Shown here: positions 41,881 through 51,648 of the stretch, piece by piece
Position numbering within the stretch: the first letter of the stretch is position 1
How the letters are laid out: each line of letters begins with the position of its first letter
DNA from: Candidatus Sumerlaeaceae bacterium
Lineage (GTDB): Bacteria > Sumerlaeota > Sumerlaeia > Sumerlaeales > Sumerlaeaceae
Length of the DNA: 64,000 nucleotides
Assembly (NCBI GenBank): GCA_049968255.1
Contig: JBMFRB010000007.1
Coordinates: forward strand, 64,001 to 128,000
Direction: 5' to 3'
Notes under the pieces: model-generated
The model's input: only the letters and a program-made list of their open reading frames with translations
What the model was told of the DNA's origin: nothing
Databases searched by the model: none
Translations under genes and position numbers: made by a program

Positions 41881-43031
41881 GTGCGACCGCTCTCGCGTAT
41901 GTGGCTGCAACGACACTGGCTATTGAGACAGCCGCCATGCTGCTTGCAATGCGCTTTCCGCAATGGGGAGGAGTGGCAATTTTCGCTAGCGTGGCGCTGG
42001 GTAGCGTGGTGGGACGGATCGCTTATGCAATGCGCAAAGGCATCGCCGAGTACATCGGCGAGATGGCTTTTGCGGAGCGAGCCTTGTTCGCGATTGTCCT
42101 TGTGCTTCTGTTCGCTGCTCCTTCGCTGTGGTCGAAGCAGTGGGAGCCTGCCCTCGGTGGAGTGGTGGTGCTTGCCGCGCTCACAGCTATGCTCTCCACC
42201 CCAGCAAGTTTTTATGCCCTTTACGTTGCGGCAAGTCTTGCCCACGCAGCTACACTGCCGGTTGTGCGAGGCGAAGTCGGCAATTTTGTTGTCGCGATTT
42301 TTCTCAGCACGCTGCTGGTTGCTAATGTTGCGGATCACTTTGCATTTCGGGCTCAATTTTTGCGCCTGAGTCGAGAATCCACGGCGCGTACGATTTTTTC
42401 AGCGCTGGTGGTGCCATGGTTCGCTGCATTGCTCGTCGCTGGAGCAGCCTTGCTGCTTTTGCCGGAAGGCACTCCTTTACTATCGAGAGGACCGCTCTCT
42501 TCGGGCCGCGTGCAGTTTGTCGCACGTTTCGACGGCGAACTCGCCACTGTTGGCAACGCCCTGTTTCGCGTTGCGAGTCTGCTTATGGTGAGTAGTGGGG
42601 TTCTTTTTTTATATTGGCTTCACCGCCGGTGGCAGCTTCGGCGCGCACAGCGGCTGATAGAGTTGGAGGAAGAAATGTTAGCAGATTATTTTATGGAGCT
42701 TGGCCGTGAGAAGGGAGCAAAAAGGACGCCCTCACGACCGCGCACGCTGCGTGGCAAAATGGTCGCGGCATTTGAGCGTTTCCTTGTGGAAGGGGCAACA
42801 GCGGGCTTTCCCCGCCGCGAGCCGATGACAGTTCAGGAATACCTCACAGTCCTTCGTCAGCGGGAGCTTGTTTCGGCTGAGATTGCAGACAAGCTGCTTA
42901 GGGAGTTTTTGCCGGCTAGGTATGGAAAAGCGCATGTGAAGAAGGAGGACGTGCAACGGTTTTCTAAGCTTGTGGAGCAAGCCATTGCCGACCTGCAGGC
43001 GCGGCTTACCTCCGCTGTGAGAGCTAATTGA
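41877..43031 (+). CDS. Membrane protein with C-terminal DUF4129-like domain
   Basis: About 8 TM segments; C-terminal GFPRREPMTVQEY...ARYG motif. Confidence 0.75.
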   Translation: MSATALAYVAATTLAIETAAMLLAMRFPQWGGVAIFASVALGSVVGRIAYAMRKGIAEYIGEMAFAERALFAIVLVLLFAAPSLWSKQWEPALGGVVVLAALTAMLSTPASFYALYVAASLAHAATLPVVRGEVGNFVVAIFLSTLLVANVADHFAFRAQFLRLSRESTARTIFSALVVPWFAALLVAGAALLLLPEGTPLLSRGPLSSGRVQFVARFDGELATVGNALFRVASLLMVSSGVLFLYWLHRRWQLRRAQRLIELEEEMLADYFMELGREKGAKRTPSRPRTLRGKMVAAFERFLVEGATAGFPRREPMTVQEYLTVLRQRELVSAEIADKLLREFLPARYGKAHVKKEDVQRFSKLVEQAIADLQARLTSAVRAN

Positions 43032-43045
43032 GGAGTATCCCCTGC

Positions 43046-45763
43046 ATGAGTGGCGCAAGACACAACAACATATGGGATCGCATCGAGCCACTTCTCAACG
43101 GCGTTGAGAAACCTGCGCGTTATATCGGCGGTGAGTTCAATATCGTGCGCAAGCCTGACGAGCAAGTAGATGTTCGCGTGGCGCTAGCCTTCCCGGACAT
43201 TTACGACCTGGGAATGAGCTATCATGGCTTCAAGATTCTTTACGAGTTGGTCAATGCTGTTCCACGCTTTCAGGCGGAGCGTGTATTTGCCCCGGCAGTT
43301 GATTTTGAGGCCCTTTTGCGCGAGAAAGGCATACCGCTCTACACGCTGGAAACATTCTGTCCGTTGTACGCTTGCGACGTCATTGGTTTCTCTCTTCAGC
43401 ACGAAATGTGCTATACGAACATCCTGAACATGCTCGATCTTGGGGGCGTACCTCTTTTGGTTAGCCAGCGTGGCGAGAACGATCCGATTGTGATTGCCGG
43501 TGGCCACGGTGCATTCAACCCCGAGCCGTTAGCTGATTTTGTTGATGCATTCGTGATTGGCGATGGGGAATGGGCGCTGCTACAAATCTTAGCAACAATT
43601 CGTGACTTTAGGCATCCGGGTGCACAGGAGATCGAGAGGCTTTTGCAGCTCGAATGCTATCGGGGGGATGGCGCACGCGCGCGACGCCGGGCTGTGCCCA
43701 CGTTTGATCGTATTGAGGCGGAAGACGTCCGTTCATGGCTGCGCAATGGTGCGCAAACGCGTGAAGAACTTCTGCTTTCGTTGGCCAACATCCCAGGGGT
43801 GTACGTGCCACGCTTTTATCAATGCAGCTACAAGGAAGACGGCACGTTGGCAAGCATCGTCCCGGTTCGGCAGGATGTTCCTGGGCGTATCCAGAAGACG
43901 AATTACGATTTGCGCTCCGATTTTGGCAGCGTCAAGCCAGTGGTCCCGCTGACAAGGATTGTTCACGACCGGTTTGCGATCGAAATCAAGCGGGGTTGCA
44001 TGACTGGTTGCCGATTCTGCCAGGCCGGGATGATTACGCGCCCGCTGCGAGAACGCTCCCCGCAACAAATTATTGAAATTGCACGGCACGGAATCCGTAA
44101 CACGGGTTACGAGGAGATTTCCCTCTTGTCGCTCTCAAGCGCAGATTACTCGCAGATTCTGGCTTTGACACATGCGCTCCATGCAGAATTTGGACCGAGA
44201 GGCATATCGATTTCGCTGCCCTCGCTACGCATTAACGCTTTTGACGTCGAGTTAGCCGACGCCATCGCGACTGTGAGAAAAACTGGTTTCACATTTGCTC
44301 CGGAAGCTGGAACAGAGCGGCTACGGCGTGTGATCAACAAAGTTGTCGATGAGGAGCGACTGGTTACGACCATCGAGCGCGTGCTGCAGAAGGGCTGGCG
44401 CACGCTGAAGTTCTACTTCATGTGCGGCTTACCCACAGAGACCGACGCCGACCTCGACGGAATCGTCGAAATTGCGCGCAAGGCCATTGAGCTGGGTAAA
44501 CGCTACTGTGGAAGGAACTTTCAGCTCAATGTTTCGCTTTCACCTTTCGTGCCGAAGCCCCATACACCGTTCCAGTGGCATGCGCAGCCGACGCTGGATG
44601 AACTCGAGAGAAAGTATTCCTATGTTGACCAACGTCTGGATAAGCGTTATGTGTCCTTCAAAAAACACAACGTTTACGAGAGTGTGATTGAGGGCGTGCT
44701 CAGCCGGGCAGATCGGCGAGTTGGGCGCGCGATTTATCGCGCTTGGCAGTTAGGTTGTAAATTTGATAACTGGCACGAGCATTTCCGTTTCGACTTGTGG
44801 CAGCAGGCCTTTGCCGAGACAGGAATTGATCCATATTTCTATGCGCACCGGGAGCGACATCCGGATGAGGTCTTGCCGTGGGATCATATCGAGGCATCGC
44901 TGGGAAAAAAATTCCTGTGGAAGGAAAAAGAAAAGGCTGAGCAAGTTGCGTTCACGCCTGACTGTTCGACGAACAAATGTGCCGGCTGCAACGTTTGCGA
45001 CTTTCGCGAAGTAAAAAATATTTTGTCTGTGCGCGAGGATGGAGAGTTTTTCGCGCCGACATCAGAGACCCCGTCGCTTCGCGAGCAAGAGATGCCGGTT
45101 GAACGGGTGCGGCTGACCTACTCAAAATCTGGGGCACTCCGCTTTATCTCGCATCTCGATTTTGTCAAAGTCATTACACAGATCATGAGAAGAGTGGATC
45201 TGCCCTTAGCCTTCACTCACGGCTTCAATCCGCAGGCGCGTTTGCAGTTTGCGCCGCCGCTTCCTCTCGGTTTTGAGGCCGCCGCCGATCTCGTGGACAT
45301 ATGGCTGACAGAGTGGATGTCCGAGGATGAGCTACTGAGCCTCTTGCGCACCATTGAGCTTGATGGCTTGAGCTGGCTTCGCTGCGAACAAATCGCCATG
45401 GATCTTCCTTCGCTTGGATCCGATGTCGTCGGGGCAAACTACGAGATTTGTTTTCCGGCCTCCCAAGTAGATTTGCTTCTTCTTTCGGAACGTTTTCGCA
45501 AATTCGAAAAGGCCATCGAATGGCCTCTGACCTTGGAGAAAAAAGGAAAGACTGCCAGGCGCGATCTCAAGCGCTCGATTGGTAAATTATCGTGGATGGC
45601 GACAGACGATGCCGTCGTTGTTGAAATGCAGATGTCGCTCGTGAGCGGCGAGCATGTGAACCCCCTGGCTGCGCTGGAAGCCATCTTGGGGATGCGGTTC
45701 ACATCATGCGTTTTTGTGGTGCGAAAGTCTTTAATACTCCAGAGTCACGTCGCTGCCGTTTAA
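43046..45763 (+). CDS. TIGR03960-type radical SAM protein fused to a TIGR03936/DUF2344 domain
   Basis: VEKPARYIGGE, FPDIYDLGMS, RGCMTGCRFC, PKPHTPFQW; C-terminal RFISHLD...GFNP..RLQFAPPLPLG. Confidence 0.92.
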   Translation: MSGARHNNIWDRIEPLLNGVEKPARYIGGEFNIVRKPDEQVDVRVALAFPDIYDLGMSYHGFKILYELVNAVPRFQAERVFAPAVDFEALLREKGIPLYTLETFCPLYACDVIGFSLQHEMCYTNILNMLDLGGVPLLVSQRGENDPIVIAGGHGAFNPEPLADFVDAFVIGDGEWALLQILATIRDFRHPGAQEIERLLQLECYRGDGARARRRAVPTFDRIEAEDVRSWLRNGAQTREELLLSLANIPGVYVPRFYQCSYKEDGTLASIVPVRQDVPGRIQKTNYDLRSDFGSVKPVVPLTRIVHDRFAIEIKRGCMTGCRFCQAGMITRPLRERSPQQIIEIARHGIRNTGYEEISLLSLSSADYSQILALTHALHAEFGPRGISISLPSLRINAFDVELADAIATVRKTGFTFAPEAGTERLRRVINKVVDEERLVTTIERVLQKGWRTLKFYFMCGLPTETDADLDGIVEIARKAIELGKRYCGRNFQLNVSLSPFVPKPHTPFQWHAQPTLDELERKYSYVDQRLDKRYVSFKKHNVYESVIEGVLSRADRRVGRAIYRAWQLGCKFDNWHEHFRFDLWQQAFAETGIDPYFYAHRERHPDEVLPWDHIEASLGKKFLWKEKEKAEQVAFTPDCSTNKCAGCNVCDFREVKNILSVREDGEFFAPTSETPSLREQEMPVERVRLTYSKSGALRFISHLDFVKVITQIMRRVDLPLAFTHGFNPQARLQFAPPLPLGFEAAADLVDIWLTEWMSEDELLSLLRTIELDGLSWLRCEQIAMDLPSLGSDVVGANYEICFPASQVDLLLLSERFRKFEKAIEWPLTLEKKGKTARRDLKRSIGKLSWMATDDAVVVEMQMSLVSGEHVNPLAALEAILGMRFTSCVFVVRKSLILQSHVAAV

Positions 45764-46836
45764 CGGGAGCGTAGCGCTCGACCAATGCGTGTGAGTAACA
45801 ATTCCAAGACGTAAGTGCGATCAGTCTGGCGGGGAACATACTCATAGGCATTCATGACGGCACGGCTAGCTTGCACAAGCGCCTCGACGTCGCTTGCCCC
45901 GGCAAATTTTCGGACTTGGTCAGTAACGTCACGAAAGATCGCAAGTTGAGCAGCGGTGCTCGCTGAAACAGTTCGCTGAAGCAAGGCATCCCGCAGCCAC
46001 GCAAGAAGTGCATCGAGCGTTTGTGTGAGCTTTTCCGAGGCGTCGCCTTCGTGACATCTCTGGGCGAGACGACGAGCCGTGCCGAAGAGCGCCAGAAAAC
46101 CGTGCTCGCGGAACTGGATCATTTCCGTTGCCAGTGCGGCGTGGTCGGCGTGAGCGTCTTGGTTAAGCATCTCTAAAAAGCGACCTGGCCGTCCGCCACT
46201 GATTGAGAGAAGCAGGTGGCGAGCTTCGGGAGATAAATCGGGCGCCAGTTCTCTGCTAAATGCTTCCATTTCGCGAATGCTGACGGGAGAAAGGTTCAAT
46301 GGAGCGCACCGCGACCGGATCGTGGGCAGGACGTCAGTTGGTCGCGAAGCGAGCAGGAAAATCTTCAAGTACGACGGAGGCTCTTCTATCAATTTTAGCA
46401 AATAATTAGCTAACGAGAGGTTCATCCGCTCAGCTTTTCGAAAGACTAACACTTTGCAGCGGCATTCGAGCGGCGGTGCGTCAACAAAACGATAATATTG
46501 AAGGTCGTCGGGGTCATCCTTGCCTGGCTTCCATCCGCTCAACGTGAGCTGGCCAGAGGCGCTTCGCGGCTCAATGAGGAGGAAATCCGGTGTACGACCA
46601 AGGCGAATTTTGCGGCAAATATGACAGGGGCATTCAGGTGGCGCTCCGAATTTGCAGTTGAGCAGTTTTGTGGTTGCGTAAGCGAGACTCGTGCGGCCGA
46701 TGCCGGAAGGGCCAGTTATGAGCACAGCATGCGGCAGGACATCGTCCGCCACCGCGTTGTGCAGATATTGTTTTATGGACTCGTGGCCGACTAAAGTGCG
46801 CAATGTGTGTTCGCGCGGATCAATGATAGGGTTCAT
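45760..46836 (-). CDS. holB: DNA polymerase III subunit delta'
   Basis: PHAVLITGPSGIG, CPCHIC Zn module, ANYLLKLIEEPP, LPTIRSRC. Confidence 0.85.
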   Translation of the reverse strand: MNPIIDPREHTLRTLVGHESIKQYLHNAVADDVLPHAVLITGPSGIGRTSLAYATTKLLNCKFGAPPECPCHICRKIRLGRTPDFLLIEPRSASGQLTLSGWKPGKDDPDDLQYYRFVDAPPLECRCKVLVFRKAERMNLSLANYLLKLIEEPPSYLKIFLLASRPTDVLPTIRSRCAPLNLSPVSIREMEAFSRELAPDLSPEARHLLLSISGGRPGRFLEMLNQDAHADHAALATEMIQFREHGFLALFGTARRLAQRCHEGDASEKLTQTLDALLAWLRDALLQRTVSASTAAQLAIFRDVTDQVRKFAGASDVEALVQASRAVMNAYEYVPRQTDRTYVLELLLTRIGRALRSR

Positions 46837-46896
46837 GCCTACCTTCTTTCGGCGGGACAAAATTAGCGTGGAAAGGGGTGCCTTCGGCAAGTATCT

Positions 46897-47505
46897 TCAA
46901 GGGGCCACACTTTCCTGCTCAAGTTCGGAGAGATATTCCCGGATCAGGACTTTCGCGTGATACGCGTCGCGCAAAAGCACGTGGATGTCGCCTCCATGAT
47001 GGCCGAGCACGGTGGCTTGCGAGAGTGTGCAAGGAATGCCCTGATTGCGAAGAAGGCCTAACACGAGACTGCACTTGAGCGGATCAGAAATCCGCGCAAC
47101 ACGAATGGTGGTATCGTTGCCATAGGAGGTGGTTCGAGAATCGTCTTCTTCCGGCTCACTTTGAAGTTCTACGCCGCATTCCTCGCAGATCTCCGTTTCA
47201 GGCACGTAGGCACTTGCGCACACCGGACAATACCGGAGTGGTAGGACCTCAAGCGAGGCGTTGGCCACACCGTCAATGCCAAGCGCTGTCTCCTCTTCTG
47301 TCGGTGCTTGGGATGTTTTGCTTACGGTGTGCTGACGAGTCGGAGAGCGTCCAATTTTGCGCATCAATAGCTGCAGGGCGGCCACAATTGCCAACGTGGG
47401 AAGAATTGTGCCGACCGACGCCGTGGACAGGCCGTGAAAAGACGTTGCGTCGGCATAACCAATGCCGGTCGTCACCGTTGTAATTTCTTGCGCTTGCGCT
47501 GACAT
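46897..47505 (-). CDS. Hypothetical single-TM protein with zinc ribbon and DUF2007-like C-terminus
   Basis: TM segment, CPVC-x10-CEEC, then SLVLGLLRNQGIP...DIHV motif; start uncertain. Confidence 0.7.
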   Translation of the reverse strand: MSAQAQEITTVTTGIGYADATSFHGLSTASVGTILPTLAIVAALQLLMRKIGRSPTRQHTVSKTSQAPTEEETALGIDGVANASLEVLPLRYCPVCASAYVPETEICEECGVELQSEPEEDDSRTTSYGNDTTIRVARISDPLKCSLVLGLLRNQGIPCTLSQATVLGHHGGDIHVLLRDAYHAKVLIREYLSELEQESVAP

Positions 47506-47616
47506 AGTTCTTGGTTTAGTCTTCCATGGCAATATATTGTTTTTGTGGCAAGGCATTTCCGGGACGAGAGGAGGCGGAGATATTGCGTATCGCACGCTGA
47601 GAAAAAACGATAGATG

Positions 47617-47633
47617 TCTACAATTTTTATAGG
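47617..47633. promoter_or_regulatory. Candidate Rrf2/CymR operator (copy 1)
   Basis: TCTACAATTTTTATAGG imperfect palindrome about 30 nt upstream of the Rrf2 gene; near-identical copy at 50510. Confidence 0.55.
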
Positions 47634-47662
47634 AGATTTCGGTAAAAGATTGCGGTGACGGC

Positions 47663-48097
47663 ATGAAACTGACGAAGAAAGCAGAGTATGCGATTCGAGC
47701 GATGATTGCGCTGGGGAGGGACCCCGCGAGCCAGCGCACCATTGCGAGTATTGCGCAGGAGCAGAAGATTCCGAAAAAATTCCTGGAGCAAATTTTGCTG
47801 GCCCTAAAAGGCGCTGGTCTGGTGGTGAGCCGTGCTGGCCCCCACGGTGGTTATCGCCTTGCGAAAGGAGCTGAGGCAATCTCGCTGGGGTCAATTTTAC
47901 AAGCGATTGACGAGCCCTTGGCGCGAGGCATCGTTCGTGGTGGGAGCCGACGAGTCAGTGGCGAGTCCCCTCTCGACCACGTGTTGGCCGAAATTCGTCA
48001 GTGTTTGGCGCAGCGAATCAATCAGGTCACGCTTGCAGAACTCGCGGCTGAAGGCACCACCCCTGAACAGGTGGAAGAACTCATGTGGTACATCTAA
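47663..48097 (+). CDS. Rrf2-family regulator, CymR-like
   Basis: [35 protein letters not shown]; no Fe-S Cys triad; C-terminal MWYI. Confidence 0.93.
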   Translation: MKLTKKAEYAIRAMIALGRDPASQRTIASIAQEQKIPKKFLEQILLALKGAGLVVSRAGPHGGYRLAKGAEAISLGSILQAIDEPLARGIVRGGSRRVSGESPLDHVLAEIRQCLAQRINQVTLAELAAEGTTPEQVEELMWYI

Positions 48098-48116
48098 ATT
48101 TGTGGAGGACAAATTC

Positions 48117-49091
48117 ATGGCACGGGTTTTCAACAACATTATCGAAACAATTGGCAATACACCCCTGGTTCGCCTGAACAAGGTCACAGAGGGAGCCGAG
48201 GCGACTGTTTTGGCGAAGCTGGAATTTTTCAATCCCTTGTCCAGCGTAAAGGACCGCATTGGAGCGGCGATGATCGAATGGCTTGAGAAGAACAAGGGAA
48301 TCGAGCCGGGAAAGACTACGCTCATTGAACCGACGAGTGGCAACACGGGCATTGCTCTTGCGTTCGTTGCAGCAGCCCGAGGCTATCGGCTGATTCTTAC
48401 CATGCCCGAAACGATGTCTATTGAGCGCAGAAAACTGCTTAAAATTCTAGGGGCCAAGCTGGTGTTGACCGAAGGTACGAAAGGGATGAAGGGAGCTATT
48501 GCTAAGGCAGAAGAGTTGGCGCAGAAGATTCCGAATGCGGTGATTCCACAGCAGTTTTCAAATCCCGCAAATCCTGAAATTCACCGGAAGACAACGGCGG
48601 AAGAAATTTGGCATGATACGGATGGCGAAGTCGATTACGTGGTGGCAGGGGTCGGGACAGGCGGCACGATCACGGGTGTCGCCGAGGTGATCAAATCGCG
48701 GCGGCCGTCGTTCAAGGCCATCGCTGTTGAGCCGGCTGGCTCACCGGTGTTGAGCGGCGGTCAACCAGGTCCGCACAAGATCCAAGGTATCGGCGCTGGT
48801 TTCGTTCCGGAGGTTCTGAACACGAAGATCATTGACGAGGTCATAACCGTGCGCGAGGAGGATGCCGCAGTTTACGCCAAGCGCGTGGCTCGCGAGGAAG
48901 GGATTGGCATCGGCATATCGAGCGGGGCGGCTGTGTGGGCAGCGTGCCAAGTGGCCAAGCGTCCAGAAGCAAAAGGCAAAACCATTGTGGTGATCATTCC
49001 GTCACCAGCCGAGCGCTACCTTAGTTCTTGGCTTTTCCAGGATATTGATGTGGAAAGCGACGACGTCGAAGGCGAAATGGGTTTGCGCTAA
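48117..49091 (+). CDS. cysK: Cysteine synthase A
   Basis: [36 protein letters not shown]; SD GGAGG. Confidence 0.97.
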   Translation: MARVFNNIIETIGNTPLVRLNKVTEGAEATVLAKLEFFNPLSSVKDRIGAAMIEWLEKNKGIEPGKTTLIEPTSGNTGIALAFVAAARGYRLILTMPETMSIERRKLLKILGAKLVLTEGTKGMKGAIAKAEELAQKIPNAVIPQQFSNPANPEIHRKTTAEEIWHDTDGEVDYVVAGVGTGGTITGVAEVIKSRRPSFKAIAVEPAGSPVLSGGQPGPHKIQGIGAGFVPEVLNTKIIDEVITVREEDAAVYAKRVAREEGIGIGISSGAAVWAACQVAKRPEAKGKTIVVIIPSPAERYLSSWLFQDIDVESDDVEGEMGLR

Positions 49092-49131
49092 TTCGCTAAG
49101 GCCACAAGTCCGCGAAAGGAGGGAGCAGGCC

Positions 49132-49521
49132 ATGTTTTTTAGACGTTTTCTCGCAATGAGAGGAAGTCTTCTCTTTGTTGTGGCCCTGCTTTCAGGTTGT
49201 GGCTCTGCTCCCCCCCTCCCCTTTAGCAATGTGCCGGTGACTATTCCGGCTTTCACCTCCGACCGCCCAACAACCACGAGTGTGATGCGCGTCGGCAGTT
49301 GGATCGAAGAAACTGTGGCACTTCCGAGTGCCAAATTGGAAGACGTCGAAAGAGCAGTTCAACGCTTAAAGAATGAGGGGTGGAGGGTGTTACAGACCGA
49401 AATGCAGGTGAATTCGTGGCAGTTCCTGCTCGAAAAAGAAGGTGTCCAGGTCAATTTTCTTTATCACGCCGGACGCGGCGCCACAGTGATAGCTCGCCGT
49501 CGAGCAGAGGGAAAAGATTGA
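49132..49521 (+). CDS. Hypothetical lipoprotein
   Basis: Lipobox LSGC after a hydrophobic stretch; GGAGGGAG SD. Confidence 0.7.
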   Translation: MFFRRFLAMRGSLLFVVALLSGCGSAPPLPFSNVPVTIPAFTSDRPTTTSVMRVGSWIEETVALPSAKLEDVERAVQRLKNEGWRVLQTEMQVNSWQFLLEKEGVQVNFLYHAGRGATVIARRRAEGKD

Positions 49522-49533
49522 AAGGGCCAACGC

Positions 49534-50376
49534 ATGCGGCTTGAGCTCAAGGACATTTCTCGAACGTACGTTAGCCATCGGCGCAACGGTTTCAACCAGG
49601 TGGCCGCGCTTGGTCCACTGTCGTTGACAATCGACTCGCGCGAGTTTTTTGCGATCTTAGGCCCGTCCGGCTGCGGCAAGTCGACCTTGCTCAACGTGAT
49701 TGCTGGCTTCGAAAAATCGGACACTGGCGAAGTTCGGCTCGATGGCAAGCTCGTCCGCCAGCCGGGACCGGATCGAGCCGTCGTGTTTCAGGAACCGGGA
49801 TTGATGCCATGGTTGACCGTGCGCGAGAACATCGAGTATGGTCTCAAATTACAAGGCCTAAGTCCTGCTGAAAGAAGAGACCGCGCGATGCATTATCTTA
49901 AAATGGTCCACCTGTCTAAGTATGCGGACGCGCGCCCTCATGAGCTGTCCGGAGGCATGAAGCAACGGGTAAGCATCGCTCGCGCGCTGGCTTTGGAGCC
50001 TCGGATTCTGCTCATGGACGAGCCGTTCAGTGCGCTGGACGCCCAAACACGCGATCTTTTGCACGATGAGCTCCAGAGGATCTGGATCGAGACTCACGTG
50101 ACGGTGATTTTCGTGACGCACAATATCAATGAGGCGGTTTATCTGGCGGACAAGATTTTGATCATGACGGCGCCTCCGGGCCAGGTCAAGCGAGTTCTAC
50201 GGGTACCTTTCGCCCGTCCCAGGCAGAAGACGTCCTCAGATTTGAGCGTATTTGCGGCCATGCTGCACAAGGAAATCAAGGAAGAGGTGGACAAAGTCGC
50301 TGCGCGTGAATTTGATCCGGATTGGACGCCGGCCGTGCGCGGGGAGGCACTTGTTGACCCGGCTGCCGAGATTTGA
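49534..50376 (+). CDS. ABC ATPase, SsuB/TauB/NrtD family
   Basis: GPSGCGKST, LSGGMKQR, MDEPFSALD, FVTH. Confidence 0.93.
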   Translation: MRLELKDISRTYVSHRRNGFNQVAALGPLSLTIDSREFFAILGPSGCGKSTLLNVIAGFEKSDTGEVRLDGKLVRQPGPDRAVVFQEPGLMPWLTVRENIEYGLKLQGLSPAERRDRAMHYLKMVHLSKYADARPHELSGGMKQRVSIARALALEPRILLMDEPFSALDAQTRDLLHDELQRIWIETHVTVIFVTHNINEAVYLADKILIMTAPPGQVKRVLRVPFARPRQKTSSDLSVFAAMLHKEIKEEVDKVAAREFDPDWTPAVRGEALVDPAAEI

Positions 50377-50509
50377 GCACGAAGGCTAGTCCGCGGCCTT
50401 TTGTCTCCGCCAACAGCGTGAATTGGCTCCGAACTAGCACCGCACCCCTGAGAGGAGGGAGCAATGAGGTAGATGGCCAAGAAGAGGAGGCATAATGATT
50501 ATCTATAAA

Positions 50510-50526
50510 TCTACTATTTGTATCGG
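50510..50526. promoter_or_regulatory. Candidate Rrf2/CymR operator (copy 2)
   Basis: TCTACTATTTGTATCGG, 14/17 identical to 47617-47633, just upstream of the binding-protein gene. Confidence 0.5.
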
Positions 50527-50544
50527 TGAAGTGAGGTTTGGATA

Positions 50545-51648
50545 TTGATTAGAAAACACTTATCGAGCTTCAGTAAAATCTTCAGTTTAGCGCTCTCTGT
50601 GACCCTTTTCTTAGCAGGTTGCCTTAGACTGGAATCTCGGCAGTCTGAAGAGGTCATTCGTCTCGGCTTCTTTGCTAATGTGGCGCATGCGCCTGCAATT
50701 ATCGGTGTGGAACGGGGGGACTTCGAGAAAAGCTTTGCCCCTCTTGGGGTGAAGGTGCAGCCAGTGCTATTTTCGTCGGGGCCAGCGGTCATTGAAGCCA
50801 TTTACGCAAGCCGACTCGACATTGCCTACGTTGGCCCTGGCCCGGCAATCAATGGCTACGTGAGAAGCGGGGGAAGCGCAATCCGCGTTGTCAGTGGGTG
50901 TGCTGCCAACGGGGTGGCCGTTGTGACTCGAAAAGATAGCGAAATCAGGGGCTGGCCGGACCTCGCAGGGAAACGGGTGGCCATTCCTGCCATCGGTAAT
51001 ACTCAATTTTTTTCTGCCACGTATTTTCTCGATCGCCTCACCACAAACCCTGATGCGAAAGAGAAAACCGTACTGATGCCGGTACACCTTGGTGATGCAG
51101 CATTGCTTCTGAAAAAGCATCAAGTCGACGCAGCATGGCTGCCTGAACCCTGGCCCGCAAAGCTGGAGATCGAAGACGCAATGGCCATCGTTGGCGAAGA
51201 GCGTGAACTTTGGCCCGAAGGTAAATTTCCGTCAACTCTTTTAGTCGTTCGCCGCGAATTTGCGGCTAAGCATCCGGAGTGGGTGAAACGCTTTATCGGC
51301 ATTCACGAGACTCTTTGTGCGGAGTTGTCGTCCGAAACAAAGCATCTGGCTGGTGCGCTTGCCGACGGAATATACAAACTCAGCAAAACACGAATCAGCA
51401 AACACGTCGTGGCAAGAGCTCTCGATCGAATCACATTCACGACCGATCCACTTTCTCAACAAATTCATCGTTTTTATGAGATGGCAAGTGTGTCTGGGTT
51501 TTTGAGAAGAGCGCAACGTGTCGATCTCGATGGGATGTTTTTCGAGGAAGAGCTCAGATTTGGCCCTGCTACTCGGGGGTTTTCCGCGGCAAGTGCGGGA
51601 CGGCTTCCTTCCATTGCGTCCAGTGTTTCAGGAGGCGAATCGCAATGA
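50545..51648 (+). CDS. Sulfonate/nitrate-type ABC substrate-binding lipoprotein (SsuA-like)
   Basis: Lipobox LAGC; RLGFFANVAHAPA, YVGPGPAIN, GNTQ, PEPW. Confidence 0.9.
   Translation: MIRKHLSSFSKIFSLALSVTLFLAGCLRLESRQSEEVIRLGFFANVAHAPAIIGVERGDFEKSFAPLGVKVQPVLFSSGPAVIEAIYASRLDIAYVGPGPAINGYVRSGGSAIRVVSGCAANGVAVVTRKDSEIRGWPDLAGKRVAIPAIGNTQFFSATYFLDRLTTNPDAKEKTVLMPVHLGDAALLLKKHQVDAAWLPEPWPAKLEIEDAMAIVGEERELWPEGKFPSTLLVVRREFAAKHPEWVKRFIGIHETLCAELSSETKHLAGALADGIYKLSKTRISKHVVARALDRITFTTDPLSQQIHRFYEMASVSGFLRRAQRVDLDGMFFEEELRFGPATRGFSAASAGRLPSIASSVSGGESQ

Noticed and set aside
47832-48116. N-terminal extension of CysK suggested by the ORF track
   Set aside because: It overlaps the Rrf2 gene; the ATG at 48117 has a GGAGG SD and gives a normal-length CysK.
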